Origin: Lytechinus pictus
Taxonomy: Eukaryota
Direction of reading: 5' to 3'
Assembly (NCBI RefSeq): GCF_037042905.1
Contig: NC_087252.1
Location: forward strand, 2,294,001-2,358,000
Length of the DNA stretch: 64,000 nt
The position numbers and the translations under genes were made by a program. This document shows positions 39,123 to 51,439 of this stretch, in pieces; position 1 is the stretch's first letter; each line of letters opens with the position of its first letter. Below the pieces are notes generated by a model, which saw nothing but the letters and a program-made list of their open reading frames with translations, ran no database searches and was not told the DNA's origin.

Positions 39123-41380
39123 AGGCACAAACATCAGCTTGTCGAATAATCCAAGAAAACGCCGTCAACATAAATGCGGGCATAAATGACAGTTTGAACT
39201 TCATTGTGTTCATATTTTCTGAATGCCATCCATAGACATGTGTTACAATCCATTAAGTTAAGCGAAGGAAAAGAAAAAAACGAGAACTTCACTTTAATAT
39301 TAACAATGAACAGTTAATTATTTTGTTGTGACAACGTAATTTGAGAACATATCTTACATTATTTTTACCTTTGTATCAAAATCTGCTGTTTATACACTAA
39401 TTGAACCTATCTACATTGAAATGGAATAGAATAAATGATAGTAATAATAAAGAATCATCCTTGACTGTATAGTGTTTCATGTTATCACCATCTGTACTGC
39501 GGATGAATGAAGTTGATTGAAAGGAGTCGTCTACGGGTTTCAATATAGTATACTTTTGCGGGTCAGAGAGCCGTGCAGGTCATGTGAGTTAAAATGAAAA
39601 GTATGGAGGTATGTACAAAACAGTATGGAAAAGTCAGAGAGTTTTGATGGGGGAAAGTCTGGAATGAGTAGAGCTTGAGATGCCACTGTTATCAGGATTA
39701 TAATCACATGTTGGATTACCAATAATTGTTGTAATAAGAGGCAGAGAGAGCCGGCTTTCACCTTGAATAGGATATCCCAAGTTCAATGACGGGCGTTGGT
39801 CGTGAGTGGGGTGATCGATTCGTGAACCGCGAGGCACTTGACATATCGGGTTCGACATATCTGCTGGTAGGCATAGAAAGATAATTTTTTCAATAGGAAA
39901 CTGTGTAGAAATCATACGTCTGTTTCGTGCATCGTATCCTATACGTGACGATTGCGCCACGGTGGTGCAATACCGATACGATGGGATAAGGGGAATTCCC
40001 TGGGATGACATCACGGTGCTTACGTAGCCGGTGACGTCATGCGCGCGGAGGTTAATTAAATTTCCTGTAGATCGAGTCCCTACGTGGACTCATATCCAAT
40101 TAAGATGGCGTCCCCACGCGGAGTCATTATCCAATTAAGACGGCGTCCCCGCGCTTCATTATCCAATTAAAATCGCGTCCCGCGCTCCATTATCCAATTA
40201 AAATCGCTTCCCGCGCTCCATTATCCAATTTCCTGTTTACCGCGTACCCAAAGGTCAAAGGTCATGATTGACCGGAAGGTGGGGTCACGGGGTCAACAGT
40301 GACCGGAAGTTGGGGTCAAAGGTCACTCAAAGGTCAATTAGGTATGAGGTCTCATCCTTAACTACTTTTATTCTTCCAAGACATAGTGATGCCAATGGCG
40401 AAGCAAGATTTACAGCATATTCAGCAAATCAAGGGTAAGTGCTTATTACTTCAGTGATATTGTTGGACATTGTACTTTTTTCGTCACCCTAAAACGTAGG
40501 CCTATGGGGGAGGGGTCATCGACCCCGCCACCGTCCAAAAAAAAAATCCCCGACCGTTCCGCTGTCTTACGTTTTCTAAGCATCTTTTCAAACCCGTTGG
40601 TCTCACTTTTATATATGAAACGTGGAAGACAATACCTCCATCCCCCCCCCCACCGAAAAGTAAAACGAATTAAATTAAGTCCGGGACCAACATTTCTTAG
40701 ATTTTAGATTCTGGCTGCGAATATTACCCGTGTTTGAGTCGATCATAGTTTTCGATCAAATACTGTCTTTGATATATCTTCCATTTCAGCTGACAATAAA
40801 TTTAAAATTGTAAGGTACACACCTTTTTTATTAATTACCAAGCATAATGCGGGTTTTCTTTGCCCTATCAACTTTTCTCTCCAGTCGGACCGCACGAGGT
40901 TCTCTTCGATACCCCGACAACGTCACAGTGAGTCTGGCCCATTCAGCTGAACATGTAGTTGCAGGAGCTTCTAACCAAACGAAAACCAGTTTTGATTTCT
41001 TCTTCAGTGCCAACACGAGCACCCAACCTAGCAGCGTCGGTGAATTTGAAAAAGAAAAACTAGGTGGGATGACGAGTGCAGACACCATTAGCCCTTCTGG
41101 ACAGGAGAGGCATGATGAAACTAGATGCGTCCCACGAGAAAATATAATGTACCTCAAAACCCACAAGACCGGGAGCTCTACATTACAGAATATCATTTAT
41201 CGCTATGGTGATGCTCATGGGCTGACGTTTGCCCTACCAAAAACAGGTGTACATCTTGGGACGCCCTCATTGTTCAACCGGACTCATCCTGTCAAGTCGC
41301 CCTCAGGAAAATACAACATACTTGCCAATCATGCAAGATATAACCGTCCCGGTGAGTAGATACTAAAAGCTCTTGCATTT

Positions 41381-41841
41381 ACCGTTCTCATTACGCTTTC
41401 AAAAAACTAGTTTACTGGAAACCGATTCAGGAAACCAGTTTGGAAGATCGCTTTGCTAGCGTTCTCACTTGATCACACGAAAGTGGTTTTCAAAATCACT
41501 TCACGTAAAGCGCTCTTGTTGCTATGGAAACGCTCTCAGTGGGGTGACACGTTTCGCGCGAAATTCGAAACCGCAGCATAGGCATTCTACACCTGTCGTG
41601 TGGAGTAGCGCGCTCAAAATGTGCGAAGATCGCTTCCCGAAGAACGGCTGTGTCCTCACTTACGCTAAAACCACTTTAACGAGGCAAAGCGATCTTAAAA
41701 TCTACATCGCGAGGTGGTTTTCCAAACTGGTTTGGAAGATCGCTTCCAAGACCGCTTTGACCGTTCTCACTACGCGTTAAACTAGTTTCCACTAAACTAG
41801 TTTCCAGTAAACTAGTTTTAGGAACGTAGTGAGAACAGCCT
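41381..41841. mobile_element. MITE in intron 2 of sulfotransferase copy 2
   Basis: Inverted ends GTTCTCATTACG...AAACTAGTTTACTGGAAA / TTTCCAGTAAACTAGTTT...CGTAGTGAGAAC. Confidence 0.65.
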
Positions 41842-44800
41842 CTAAGGGCATCGATTCCTTTGAAATGCAATTAAAATCACAATGGAGAGCTGAGAGGCTG
41901 TTGTCTAAAGTTGGTGGACTGGGACAGCAGATCATCCGAATATTTGCCGCGGACGAACAATTGCAAATATGTCAGCCAGAGTCATGTTATGACAATGCTG
42001 AACTTGCATTTTCAAAGGAATTGGTGCGTCGTAAAGAGTTTCCCAGACTTTCCCCCGTAGTAAATGCGAAAAGTCCAGAGTAATACAATGACTACAATCA
42101 CTTTCTGTCAACGCTACTATACAATACAAATCGGACACATCCGAGAATGAATCAACAATTGAAGAGTCTAGTTGAAAAGGGGTGAGGTCAACTTTGGACC
42201 ATTCCGAGAAAACAAAACATGTTTGTTATTCTCACTTACGGCAATATTCTTAAGAGAAACTAAATTGTCATGATGTACTACCCTATCATGTAAACATAAA
42301 ACTGGATATAAATATATATTTACCTGTCTTCAATTTTTTCTGTATAGATTTTTTTTCTATATATCATTGTAGACCTAACCCCTTTTGCAAGCAAACTGTA
42401 ATGAATTCAATCTCTTTTGATTAAAAAAGGTGATTTTATTCTTTGCCAATTTCATTCACGTTTTCATTTAAAATTCAATGTTTTGTATCATCAGGCCGAC
42501 TAAAAATTTAGAGGTTGAGAGACAAAAACAATAAAATTAAGGAAAAATGGACCTAACCCCATTTTACAAATGAGTTCTTCAGAAGAGTTTAGTTGCAAAA
42601 GGGGTTATGTCCACTCTAAGCAAATTTTTTTTTTAATTCTCCCATATTGCATTATTCTTATGTGAAACTGAATTTTCATAATACCCTACCATGAGAACAT
42701 AACATTGAGTGTAAAAGAAATCGTCCTGTCTTCATATTTTATAAGATATTCTTTTCCAAAAAAAATATGTTTGGACCTAACCCCTTTTGCCATTTTAGTT
42801 CACTTTTTAATGGGAATTTCATCTTTTCTTTGGTATCATCTTATAAAGCTACTAAAAATGTATACAAGATCTAATCAAATTTGATGAAAAATGGACCTAA
42901 CCCAAAGAGTTGTGCCGTACGGCCGCCGGAGAGCAAATGTGACCGAGGTATAAATCATGAAACAAATTATTTACCAAGGCTTCGTGATCTGTCATGAGAG
43001 GTGGGCTCGGTCACATTTGCCACGGCGGCCGCAGTCGAAAACAGTCGTTTGAACATTTTTTGTACCAGCTACAAATAGCTTGTTTGAAAAAAAAATCAAT
43101 TAAACGGCTGTTTTCGACTCGCCGTACGGCCGCCGGAGAGCAAATTTGACCGAGGTGTAAATCATGAAACAAATTATTTTATCCCTACAACCATATATGC
43201 AATCAAAATTCAAATGCCTTCGTCCATTGGTTTTATGAGGGAGACGCAACTAAAGCACGTCAGAAATAACTTTTTTCTTACTACGGAAACAGTGTCGACG
43301 CTATTGGTCCGATTTCGCAAAGTTGGTGTTGGGAATGCGTGGTTTTAAACCTTGGTTAGGTAGATGTCTCTGTGTTGATTACGCTTATTCATCGCGTATG
43401 TCGAGATAATAAATATATGCTTACATCGCAGGTATGTTTAATGGACCATTCGTAATATTAGGTTACATCATTAGCCCATTGTTTTAAATATAACGCGTCA
43501 ACTATTTGTATTATTTATTTGCATTCTTTAATAGTAGGATGAATAATTGCGATAACTTAAGTTAAAACCGTCAGTTCTGATCACGCTCTCTCACGGAAGC
43601 GAAATCGCGCATTCATTACTGGACACTTTTTTCCATCATGTTTATATTGTATACGCGCTGAATTACGCGGGCGGATTCAAAACCACCTTTATGATTCCGG
43701 CCATCTTGCTTTGATCTCCAACTGTCCCTATACTAATTTTGCCTTATTATCCATATTTTCAGATCTTTTGAAATATGTTAACTATACATACGACTGCCTA
43801 CGTTTCTGTTTGTCAATAATGCACGCAAGTTGCATGTGTCTACATGGTACATACATATTCTCCAGCCCGATATGTACTATGCGTTTTGTCATTTTGCCTT
43901 ATCCTTCTAATTCAATAATTGAAGAATTATGAAACTAATTATAAACAATATATTGAAAAATTGCTTTCAAATAAAATATAAATAATTGTACATACTATTT
44001 CTTTTTAAAAACCAAGATTTCTCCATCGTCGGTTTCATTTTCATCTAATAAATCATGTTTTTAAAAATGACATCCGAAAGGATACCATGCTTTTTTACCT
44101 CTCTTTTCCAACTGAATCTTTGGAAGAAGGTAATGCTAATACCGAGCATTAGATTAAAAAAAAGTTACCTGTTTTATATTTTTCATCAAGTGAGTGTACT
44201 TATTTTAATCTAATGCATAAAATAAAATAAAACAGAGGCAATGCGCCTGCGAAGAGATATCTATTACCAAATCAAATATTTTATAAAATACATTTTCGTT
44301 TTTTCTTTCACCATAGAAATGGCCGAGATCATGTACAAGAACGCAGCATATGTGACCATCATCCGGCATCCCTCCACCCAGTTTGAAAGTATGTATGCCT
44401 ACTATGGATTCCAACGTAACTTCAATGTGACCTTGAAAGGGTTTGCGGACAAACCACAGACATATTATAGAAGAGAGATAACTGATCCACACCACACCGC
44501 ACTCAACCCGACGCTGTATGACCTAGGAATGCACAAACAGGAAATGGCCGATGAGGGCGGTATTCGGAATAAAATTGCTACTTTGGAGGATGATTTCGAT
44601 TTAGTCCTAGTTGCAGAGTATCTTTTGGAATCCTTAGTCCTCTTGAGAGAGTTAATGTGTTGGGATTTGAGCGATATGACCTACTTCTCATCCAGAGTAA
44701 GAACGAAATCAGAAGAGGACAAGATGTCCGAGAGAACGTTTGAACAACTTTACAAATGGAATCATGGTGATGCCCTTCTTTATGAACATTTTAACCGAAC

Positions 44801-46026
44801 GCTGTGGACAAAAATAAAGGTGTATGGTCAGAAAAGGATGGAAATCGATGTGATGAAGTTAGAAAAAATGATCAAAGCACTAAAAGACAAATGTCTGGAT
44901 GGGACCACATTTTTTAAAAAGGTCACTCACTATGTTCTAAGAGAAAGTATGAGGGACAATGTCCAGTGCATTAGAATGATTAGACCTGCTTTTAAATATC
45001 TACAAACACTCAGAGAGAAGCAAGGAATACCGATTGGTTAAAAGTTTGAAACTATATCGTTGCTTTACAAGAATGTTTGTTAGCCAGTTATCCATTTCTT
45101 TAACAGGGCTATAAATTCATGTTGTTTGTTAATTAATTTTGACCATTTTCTCTTTTATGATGGTTTACGTTTCTATTTATTATTTTTTTTCACAAGGACC
45201 TTATGCATGTGACGTCATAATCTCAAAGCGCCCTCCTACAGAGGAAATGGGAATATGCGTGAATGTAGTTTTCAGAGATGTGCCAGCTGCACATCACCAA
45301 GGCACGCAAGGCAACATCAGTGAAAATATCCTTTAAAATGGCGGCACGGTGATGCCGATGTATAAGGTCTATTCATAATACGCATATTCGCCCACACACA
45401 CCCACCCACACACACGCACACACCAATATGTATTATGTATTATTGTGTCACGTTTGGGATAAGTCTTTACATGTGGTTGCTATGCGACCATTTGGAGCGT
45501 TTTGCTATTGTATTGTGTATTGATAATGACGCTCAATAAATATTGCAATAAATAAAAGCGTGAAAGGTAGCTGCAAACCTAAAACCTCTTACAAGTGTGA
45601 CGTACAACATTTGGTAAATATACATTAAACAATCCATGAAAAATACAAGATCAACAACATTGAAGTCAAGGGATTAAATACATGTACTATGGTCTTGGTG
45701 TTAACAGCAATTCGTTAATTAATATTTTAAATTCCGACAGATCTGGGACAGATTTTATCTATAAAAAAAAACGATATTCCAAATATAAGCCCATCATAGC
45801 TTCATTAGAGTTAGAAGTACAAAATTTATGTACATATTGGTTATCGAACACCCTTGAAATAAGAGTAACCAATATGTCGAAGAAAACGGGATTGCTGTTA
45901 TAATACATATATACACATTGAACTCTTCTGTAGTAAATCGAGGCTGCTCCGAATATCTATGAAGATTGTACATATATATGAAGATTTGTGTATTTGCGTA
46001 TTTGTGTTACATTCATTCATTATTCA

Positions 46027-48876
46027 TTAATAAAGGATGGGGTAAAACAGAAAAGAAAACGTTGGAGTGGTGCCCCATGCTATTAATATGATGAAACAAA
46101 ACATCGGACTAGTAGGTGAAGACTCAGAGTAACTTGCGCACGGTATAGATGTCATTTCGAATTCATTTTGTGGGCTAGTTACACCTGAAGCAGGGGACCA
46201 GTTTTCACATAAGTCGTGTTCCATGTTGGACAACTTAACAAGCATCCTTCCACTGTAACTAGAAGGAGACATACAATGTACTCTGTCGAAACCGGACCGC
46301 AAAAGCCAACTCTGAAGGTTTCTCAAATTGCAGTCCCAGGGGTTTGGATCAAGGTGGATCCTTTTGGACAGTAGAGGAAGCGCCGATGAATCCAAGTACA
46401 CCAGGCGATTCCCACCAAGCCGGATCGTCAGGCTACTGCGAATGATGAAAGATGATTGTGCTATGAAGTTTATCTGGTTGTCCTGAAGATTGATTTCATC
46501 AGCAACATAACATGAAGTGAATGCATGCCGTGGCACGATGTCAATAGAATTATCCTGCAGATCAATAATCTGTATCCGTGGCAATTTTCCAAAAGGGTTT
46601 CCGGAAAGTGTGGAGATTCGGTTATGGCTTAGGTCAAGATTCCTAAGTAAAGGGGCGTCAATGATAGGCAGGATGTCTAGTGCATTGCAGCAAAGTTGAA
46701 GCGAGAATCCGAGGGATTTGAATTTAAAATGCCAAGACACACCAGGCTGCTGTTGAAACATTGTCACATTGTTCATTTCAACAGCCCAAGATACATTGCT
46801 GCAGTTTTGTATTTGTATATACTCCCTTCCTATCGCAGTTTGCGAGAGTGAGATTGTTTCGAGACTACCTATAATTCTCGAGGAAAGATATTTCAAGGGG
46901 TTTCCTTCAAGGTTTACTTTCACTAACCGCTTGCAGTTCTGAAAAGCATTCTCGTCTATAGAAACGATCATATTCCACCCAGCGTCTACCTCTCTTAACT
47001 CACACTCTGTCTGACAAAACGTGACGTCACTTCCGCAATTTGAATTTCCATGAAAATGCATGATGGAATTGTGGGAACATCTGAACACGTGGGTTCTTGT
47101 AGGAAGAGATATATTACGCAGTCGGTTATAGTTGACTAAAAACTGATCCAATTTAATCCCAATCAAGTCTGGAGAAGCAATGTTTGTTAATAGATTATGA
47201 CTGAGGTCCAGTTTAATCAAACGCCGAACAGAACTGATGTTTAACTGATCCATAGATAGCAGTTGGTTGTTCTGTAAAACGATTTTAGCTACATTATGAA
47301 TCCTAATTGCTTCATCTGCTCGAAGTCCTATTACATTCGAACTGATGTTGAAAAACAAAGGATTATCTCGAAAATCTGTGTGTATAAACTCCACTATTTC
47401 AATTTCGTTGACCTGTAGCTCAAGACGTCGTAGTTTGTACCAGAAAGTGACGTCAGGGATTTTTGTGAGTTTCTTGTGATGCAGTTTGAGGATAGAGAGA
47501 TTTGGACAACCGACAAAGGCGCCAGGTACAATGAATGCTACTTGATTATCAGATATATCAAGGATCGTGAGATAATCCAACTTGATTACCTCATCAACAG
47601 TACTGATGCGATTTCCAGACATGTAAAATACAGCTAACTCTTTATTTTCATTTATTGCGGTCCAGTTGACAGTAAAGATATTGTTATCGGATAGGCTTAG
47701 GTAATATAGACTTGAAATGTTCTTAAGAAACCTTGCGTTATCGATCTCATTTTCGTCTAGGTATAACTTCCTAACAGAACCGCACCAATTGTCACTCATG
47801 TTCCCTTGAAGAACGAATTATGTGATACTGTTGTTTCGAAAGTCTATGACCCTAAGCTTTGGATACAAATAGGGGCTAAAGGTTATGACTCCAATCAGTT
47901 CAGAGTGTTTGACAGTAAGGCTCCTCAATTTGGGAAGTGCTGGGAGGTCACTAATGCTGCTTACCAAAGACTTTGAAATGACTATAACCTCAATGAAGTG
48001 CACATCCATGAAGCCTATAATATCCTGTAAATGGCTAATTCCCATACCACTTATGTATAGATGATTTATTCTGCTGGAAGAGTTTTGGTTGATATGTGTC
48101 CCTTTCTCCAGATGTATCTGCAGTAGTGTGGTGCCCTGAGGCCAGTGTGAAATCTGCACAACGTGTATTGGGTTACCTGATAGAAAAAGTTTCTGAAGCT
48201 TTGTTAAGTTCCGAAGATCAGGAAGGGTCCTGATACCATTGTCACGGAAGTCAATTAAAGTGATCAGATGAACCGACTGTATTTGGTGAATGTCAAAAAC
48301 CCGAATATTTGATGATACGGCAGTAATGATGTTAACCGGAAGTGACAGGTTCAGGAATCCTACTATGAAGTTGTTTGAAAGGTTTATCAGGGATTCACGG
48401 TCGCCGGCAAAGCCAAATGTCTGTTGACTGTGGCAGTTCACCCTCTGAATAAAATTGAATGCAAGGTTGATGATGAGGATTGGGGGAATAGTGGAAATAT
48501 CGATCAGACAATTCTCATCAACGTGGAGAGTCGACAGTTTAGGAAGTCTATCGAAAGCTTGAGGCTGGATAGCCGAGATGAAATTCGCTGTTAGGCGCAG
48601 GACAGCAAGGGCTGGTAATGGAAAGAAATCACCATCTTGTATATTGGTGATCAGGTTACGAGACAGGATGAGATTTTCTGTTGTCAAAGGAATACCTGCA
48701 GGAACAATCCTGAGATAACGGTTGCTGCATTCGACTTTGGTTTGCCCGACACAGCTACAGGTCTCCAGGCACAAAGAGTGGTTTAGCCAAGCCGACGAAG
48801 ATGCAGTTGAAACAAGAAGGCACGCCAGAATTGCCACGTGATAGCCTTCATATATGCAGAAGTGCCAAGGTTCCAT
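46027..48876 (-). pseudogene. Intronless extracellular LRR protein (signal peptide, LRRNT, many LRRs, LRRCT, hydrophobic C-tail, no TIR) interrupted by one in-frame TAA at 47820-47818
   Basis: Signal-like VAILACLLVSTASS, LRRNT CLETCSCVGQTKVECSNRYLRIVPAGIP, repeated LxLxxNxI, and LRRCT NPWDCNL..LQSWL...VHCMSP. The 352-aa and 590-aa ORFs are in the same frame, linked by *FVLQGN. Confidence 0.85.
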
Positions 48877-50580
48877 TGCAAACTCAGTTCAAACATTCAA
48901 ATTATAGAGTCACAAAATAGCTCGTAATTTCATTATCAAAATGATATCGAAATGTGCTTGCATAATTTGTTTCCACTCACTTTATATCTAGTTTCAGCTC
49001 GGTACGTCAAAGTCATAACCTGATCCATATTGTGTGTGTGTGTGTGTTTTATGGTTGAACACTATTGGGCGAAGCTAGCATAGTACATCTGATTTGTAGC
49101 TTATACACGGAATATCCACCGATGGAATATTAAATGAATAAACTGTCAAAATGACAAGAAATGTAATTACCTTCTCCTAAAAAAAAATCGGGAGAGATAA
49201 TACAAATATTTTGTAGTCTGATTTTGTTGATTGCTTTCTTTATACCAATCAATTATGACTCTTTACTTGGATGTTGAAACATAAAAGCAATTTGCTTATG
49301 TGCCTTATCTTTGGTAAGGTCTATACTTCAGAGGATGGTTGTGCCATTGTTTTCATGATTTGAACTGAATTAGACTAGTTGCACTTACAACTGACTCAGG
49401 CACTTTAAAAGCACTTTGATAAATTTATGCTCGTTTACTCTATTACAAGACAAGAGAAATAGGAAATATCATAATCATCATTATCTATGCTAATATAGAG
49501 ATAATCAATGTTCTTATAATGAATGTTTATATCATTATTATTATCTTTATCATGACTTATTCTTTTCTTATGACTGTCATCACTTTTTCATCATATTGAA
49601 ATATTATCCCAATATGTTTTTCAAAGAGGTGGAGCTTCTAATCTGTTCTAAATCATGACGAGGTTTGGTACCATTTTCAACATGATTTTCTTCCTTTTCA
49701 TAATATCACATTTGATTAACAAAAACGATTCATGCAGAATTTGGAGATAATCTGATGGTGTTTTCTTCATTTCAATAGACAGTCCATGTCGATTTGTAAC
49801 TTCTTGTATTTAGCATGGTCGTAGGGGCCACTGGCGGATCCGGGGGGCACAGCCGGCCCGTGCCCCCCCCCCCTCCCCTTGAGAAGCAAAATTAAAATTT
49901 ATAATGTAAAAATACCGTTAAAACTGAGGAGTGCCCCCCTTTTGAAAATGAAGACTTTTTTCCCATGTCATTTTATTCGGGGACGAAATATCCTTAAATT
50001 TTGGTTAAAAACCTTCCTTTTTTTGGTTTAAGGGGGGGGGGGGCTTGTCAAATTTTCCTAGGAAAAATGTGCCCAACTTTTGGAAAATCCTGGATCCAAC
50101 CATGGACCTATTTCAAATAGGAAAAGTAGTAGGTCCATGATCCAACCCTGATAGCGGCTTACCTTGTGTCGGTTGAATATGTAAAGCGGAATTTAATTTG
50201 ATTACAACTGGAATGATTTTATCAAAAAATATAAGCCTCTACTGCGATGTCGCTCTTTTCTGTGCAGCCCCAATTAACATTTTGATGAGACTTGTCAGGG
50301 ATATACCATTTTTCACTTGGTCGGAGACAGGTCTAATCCTCGTGGATATGAGCTTACTCTAAATCTTTCCCCAGGTCAGTCAAAAGAACGCAGTGACCCT
50401 TTTTGGCAGAAAATAGCCTCTTTTAACCCTTTTAAACGCATAATTTGTCAATGAATTTCATTAAACATTATCCTGAAGGAAATCAACTTTGCCAAGAATT
50501 CTGAGTGAAAACCACTGGCTAAGCTGCTAACTCATTCACGATTCCTTTCATTTATGACAGAAAGTGATGACAATAACAAC

Positions 50581-51174
50581 TTAAAAAGGAAAATGAAACC
50601 TTTGGATCAAGATAGCTTGTGGGAAAACAGAAAACAGAAAAAATCAAATCAACGAAAGTTTGAAAAAAAATCTAACAAATAATGATAAAGTTATGAGCAT
50701 TTGAATACTGCGATTACTAATGCTATGAAGATCATCCAATTGGCAATGCGACAAAGATGTGTGATGTCACTTGTTAACAACTTTCCCAGTACTTTTGTAT
50801 ATATTTCACTTAAACTGCCTCTTTTATCACATCTATCAGTAGATCATGCATTCTTTCTATAGGAGGGCATGTAATACAATTTTCGAAGAAAACATTATGG
50901 ATAAAGAGTTTGTATCACCATGAGAAAGAACTAAAAGATACATTTTGTGGGTATTTTATAGTCCATTAAAGAGAAAGTTGTTCACATGTGACATCATACA
51001 TCATTGTCGCATTGCCATTGGGAGGATCTCTATAGCATTAGTGATCGCAATATTCAAATGCTCATAACTTTCTGATTATTTGTCTGATTTTTCTCAAATT
51101 TTCTTTGTTCTTATTCTTTGATCTTTCTCTTTCAAAACAAGTCCACATGTTCCAAGGGTTTCATTCCCCTTTAA
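50581..51174. mobile_element. TTAA-flanked foldback MITE (Kolobok/piggyBac-type target); related copy at 53688-54281, duplicate at 63303-63896
   Basis: Ends TTAA-AAAGGAAAATGAAACC / GGTTTCATTCCCCT-TTAA, with inverted arms containing GTTATGAGCATTTGAAT...CTAATGCTAT. Confidence 0.7.
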
Positions 51175-51224
51175 TGATTGGCTAATTATTCATCACGATA
51201 TCTACATCGTCATGATAAAGGATA

Positions 51225-51439
51225 CACTCTAAGAACACTGAGTAAAATGTTTTACCCAATTTTGGGCAGAAAGGGAACTTGCTGATGCATGTTTGCTGGG
51301 CTTTTTTTTAAAACCCCATTTTGTGCTATTTCAACGCAACTTTGCGTAAAATTCACAAAACATTTGGTATCCGTTTATCCAACCAACATGTATGTTCCCA
51401 TTTTTGCCAATATTGCATGGGTAAACCTTTTTTAGAGTG
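51225..51439. mobile_element. CACT-terminated MITE with TA on both flanks
   Basis: TA-CACTCTAA ... TTAGAGTG-TA. Confidence 0.55.

Larger units (their letters stand above)
35368..40366. mobile_element. Non-autonomous Polinton/Maverick-like element, almost entirely palindromic (4,999 bp)
   Basis: Termini AGTAGTTAAGG / CCTTAACTACT, 6-bp TSD TTTATT (35362-35367 and 40367-40372), and a perfect 148-bp TIR (35368-35515 vs 40219-40366). Inverted homology continues inward to the central minisatellite. Confidence 0.85.
35269..45041 (+). pseudogene. Galactose-3-O-sulfotransferase-like copy 2 with its first coding exon split by the palindromic element; exon 1a 35269-35367, exon 1b 40373-40434, exon 2 40885-41351, exon 3 44317-45041
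   Basis: Exon 1a encodes MNAVRRFVSVVVLGGVASMLLLFLVSNIPTKFI, paralogous to copy 1. Removing the element and one TSD restores ...KFILPRHSDANGEARFTAYSANQG with a phase-2 GTAAGT donor that joins exon 2 in frame. With the insert, the frame stops at AGT AGT TAA (35374-35376). The catalytic exons are intact. Confidence 0.85.
43937..51278 (+). repeat. Segmental duplication, copy A (copy B is 56658-64000, open at the window end)
   Basis: The sequence matches at offset 12,721 starting from AATTATAAACAATATATTG, and all ORFs are identical. One 1-bp indel near 49955/62676 shifts the offset to 12,722. Confidence 0.97.

Noticed and set aside
40847-40884. In-frame ATG giving a hydrophobic leader (MRVFFALSTFLS) that might rescue sulfotransferase copy 2
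   Set aside because: The hydrophobicity is explained by the intron polypyrimidine tract, and there is no evidence for a promoter or intron retention.
44241-44316. ORF-track N-terminal extension MRLRRDIY... (also 56962-57037)
   Set aside because: It is intronic sequence upstream of the CCATAG acceptor conserved with copy 1.
46027-47799. Toll-like receptor call, or treating the 590-aa ORF as a separate gene
   Set aside because: No TIR domain follows. The ORF has no signal peptide of its own and is in frame with the upstream LRR ORF.
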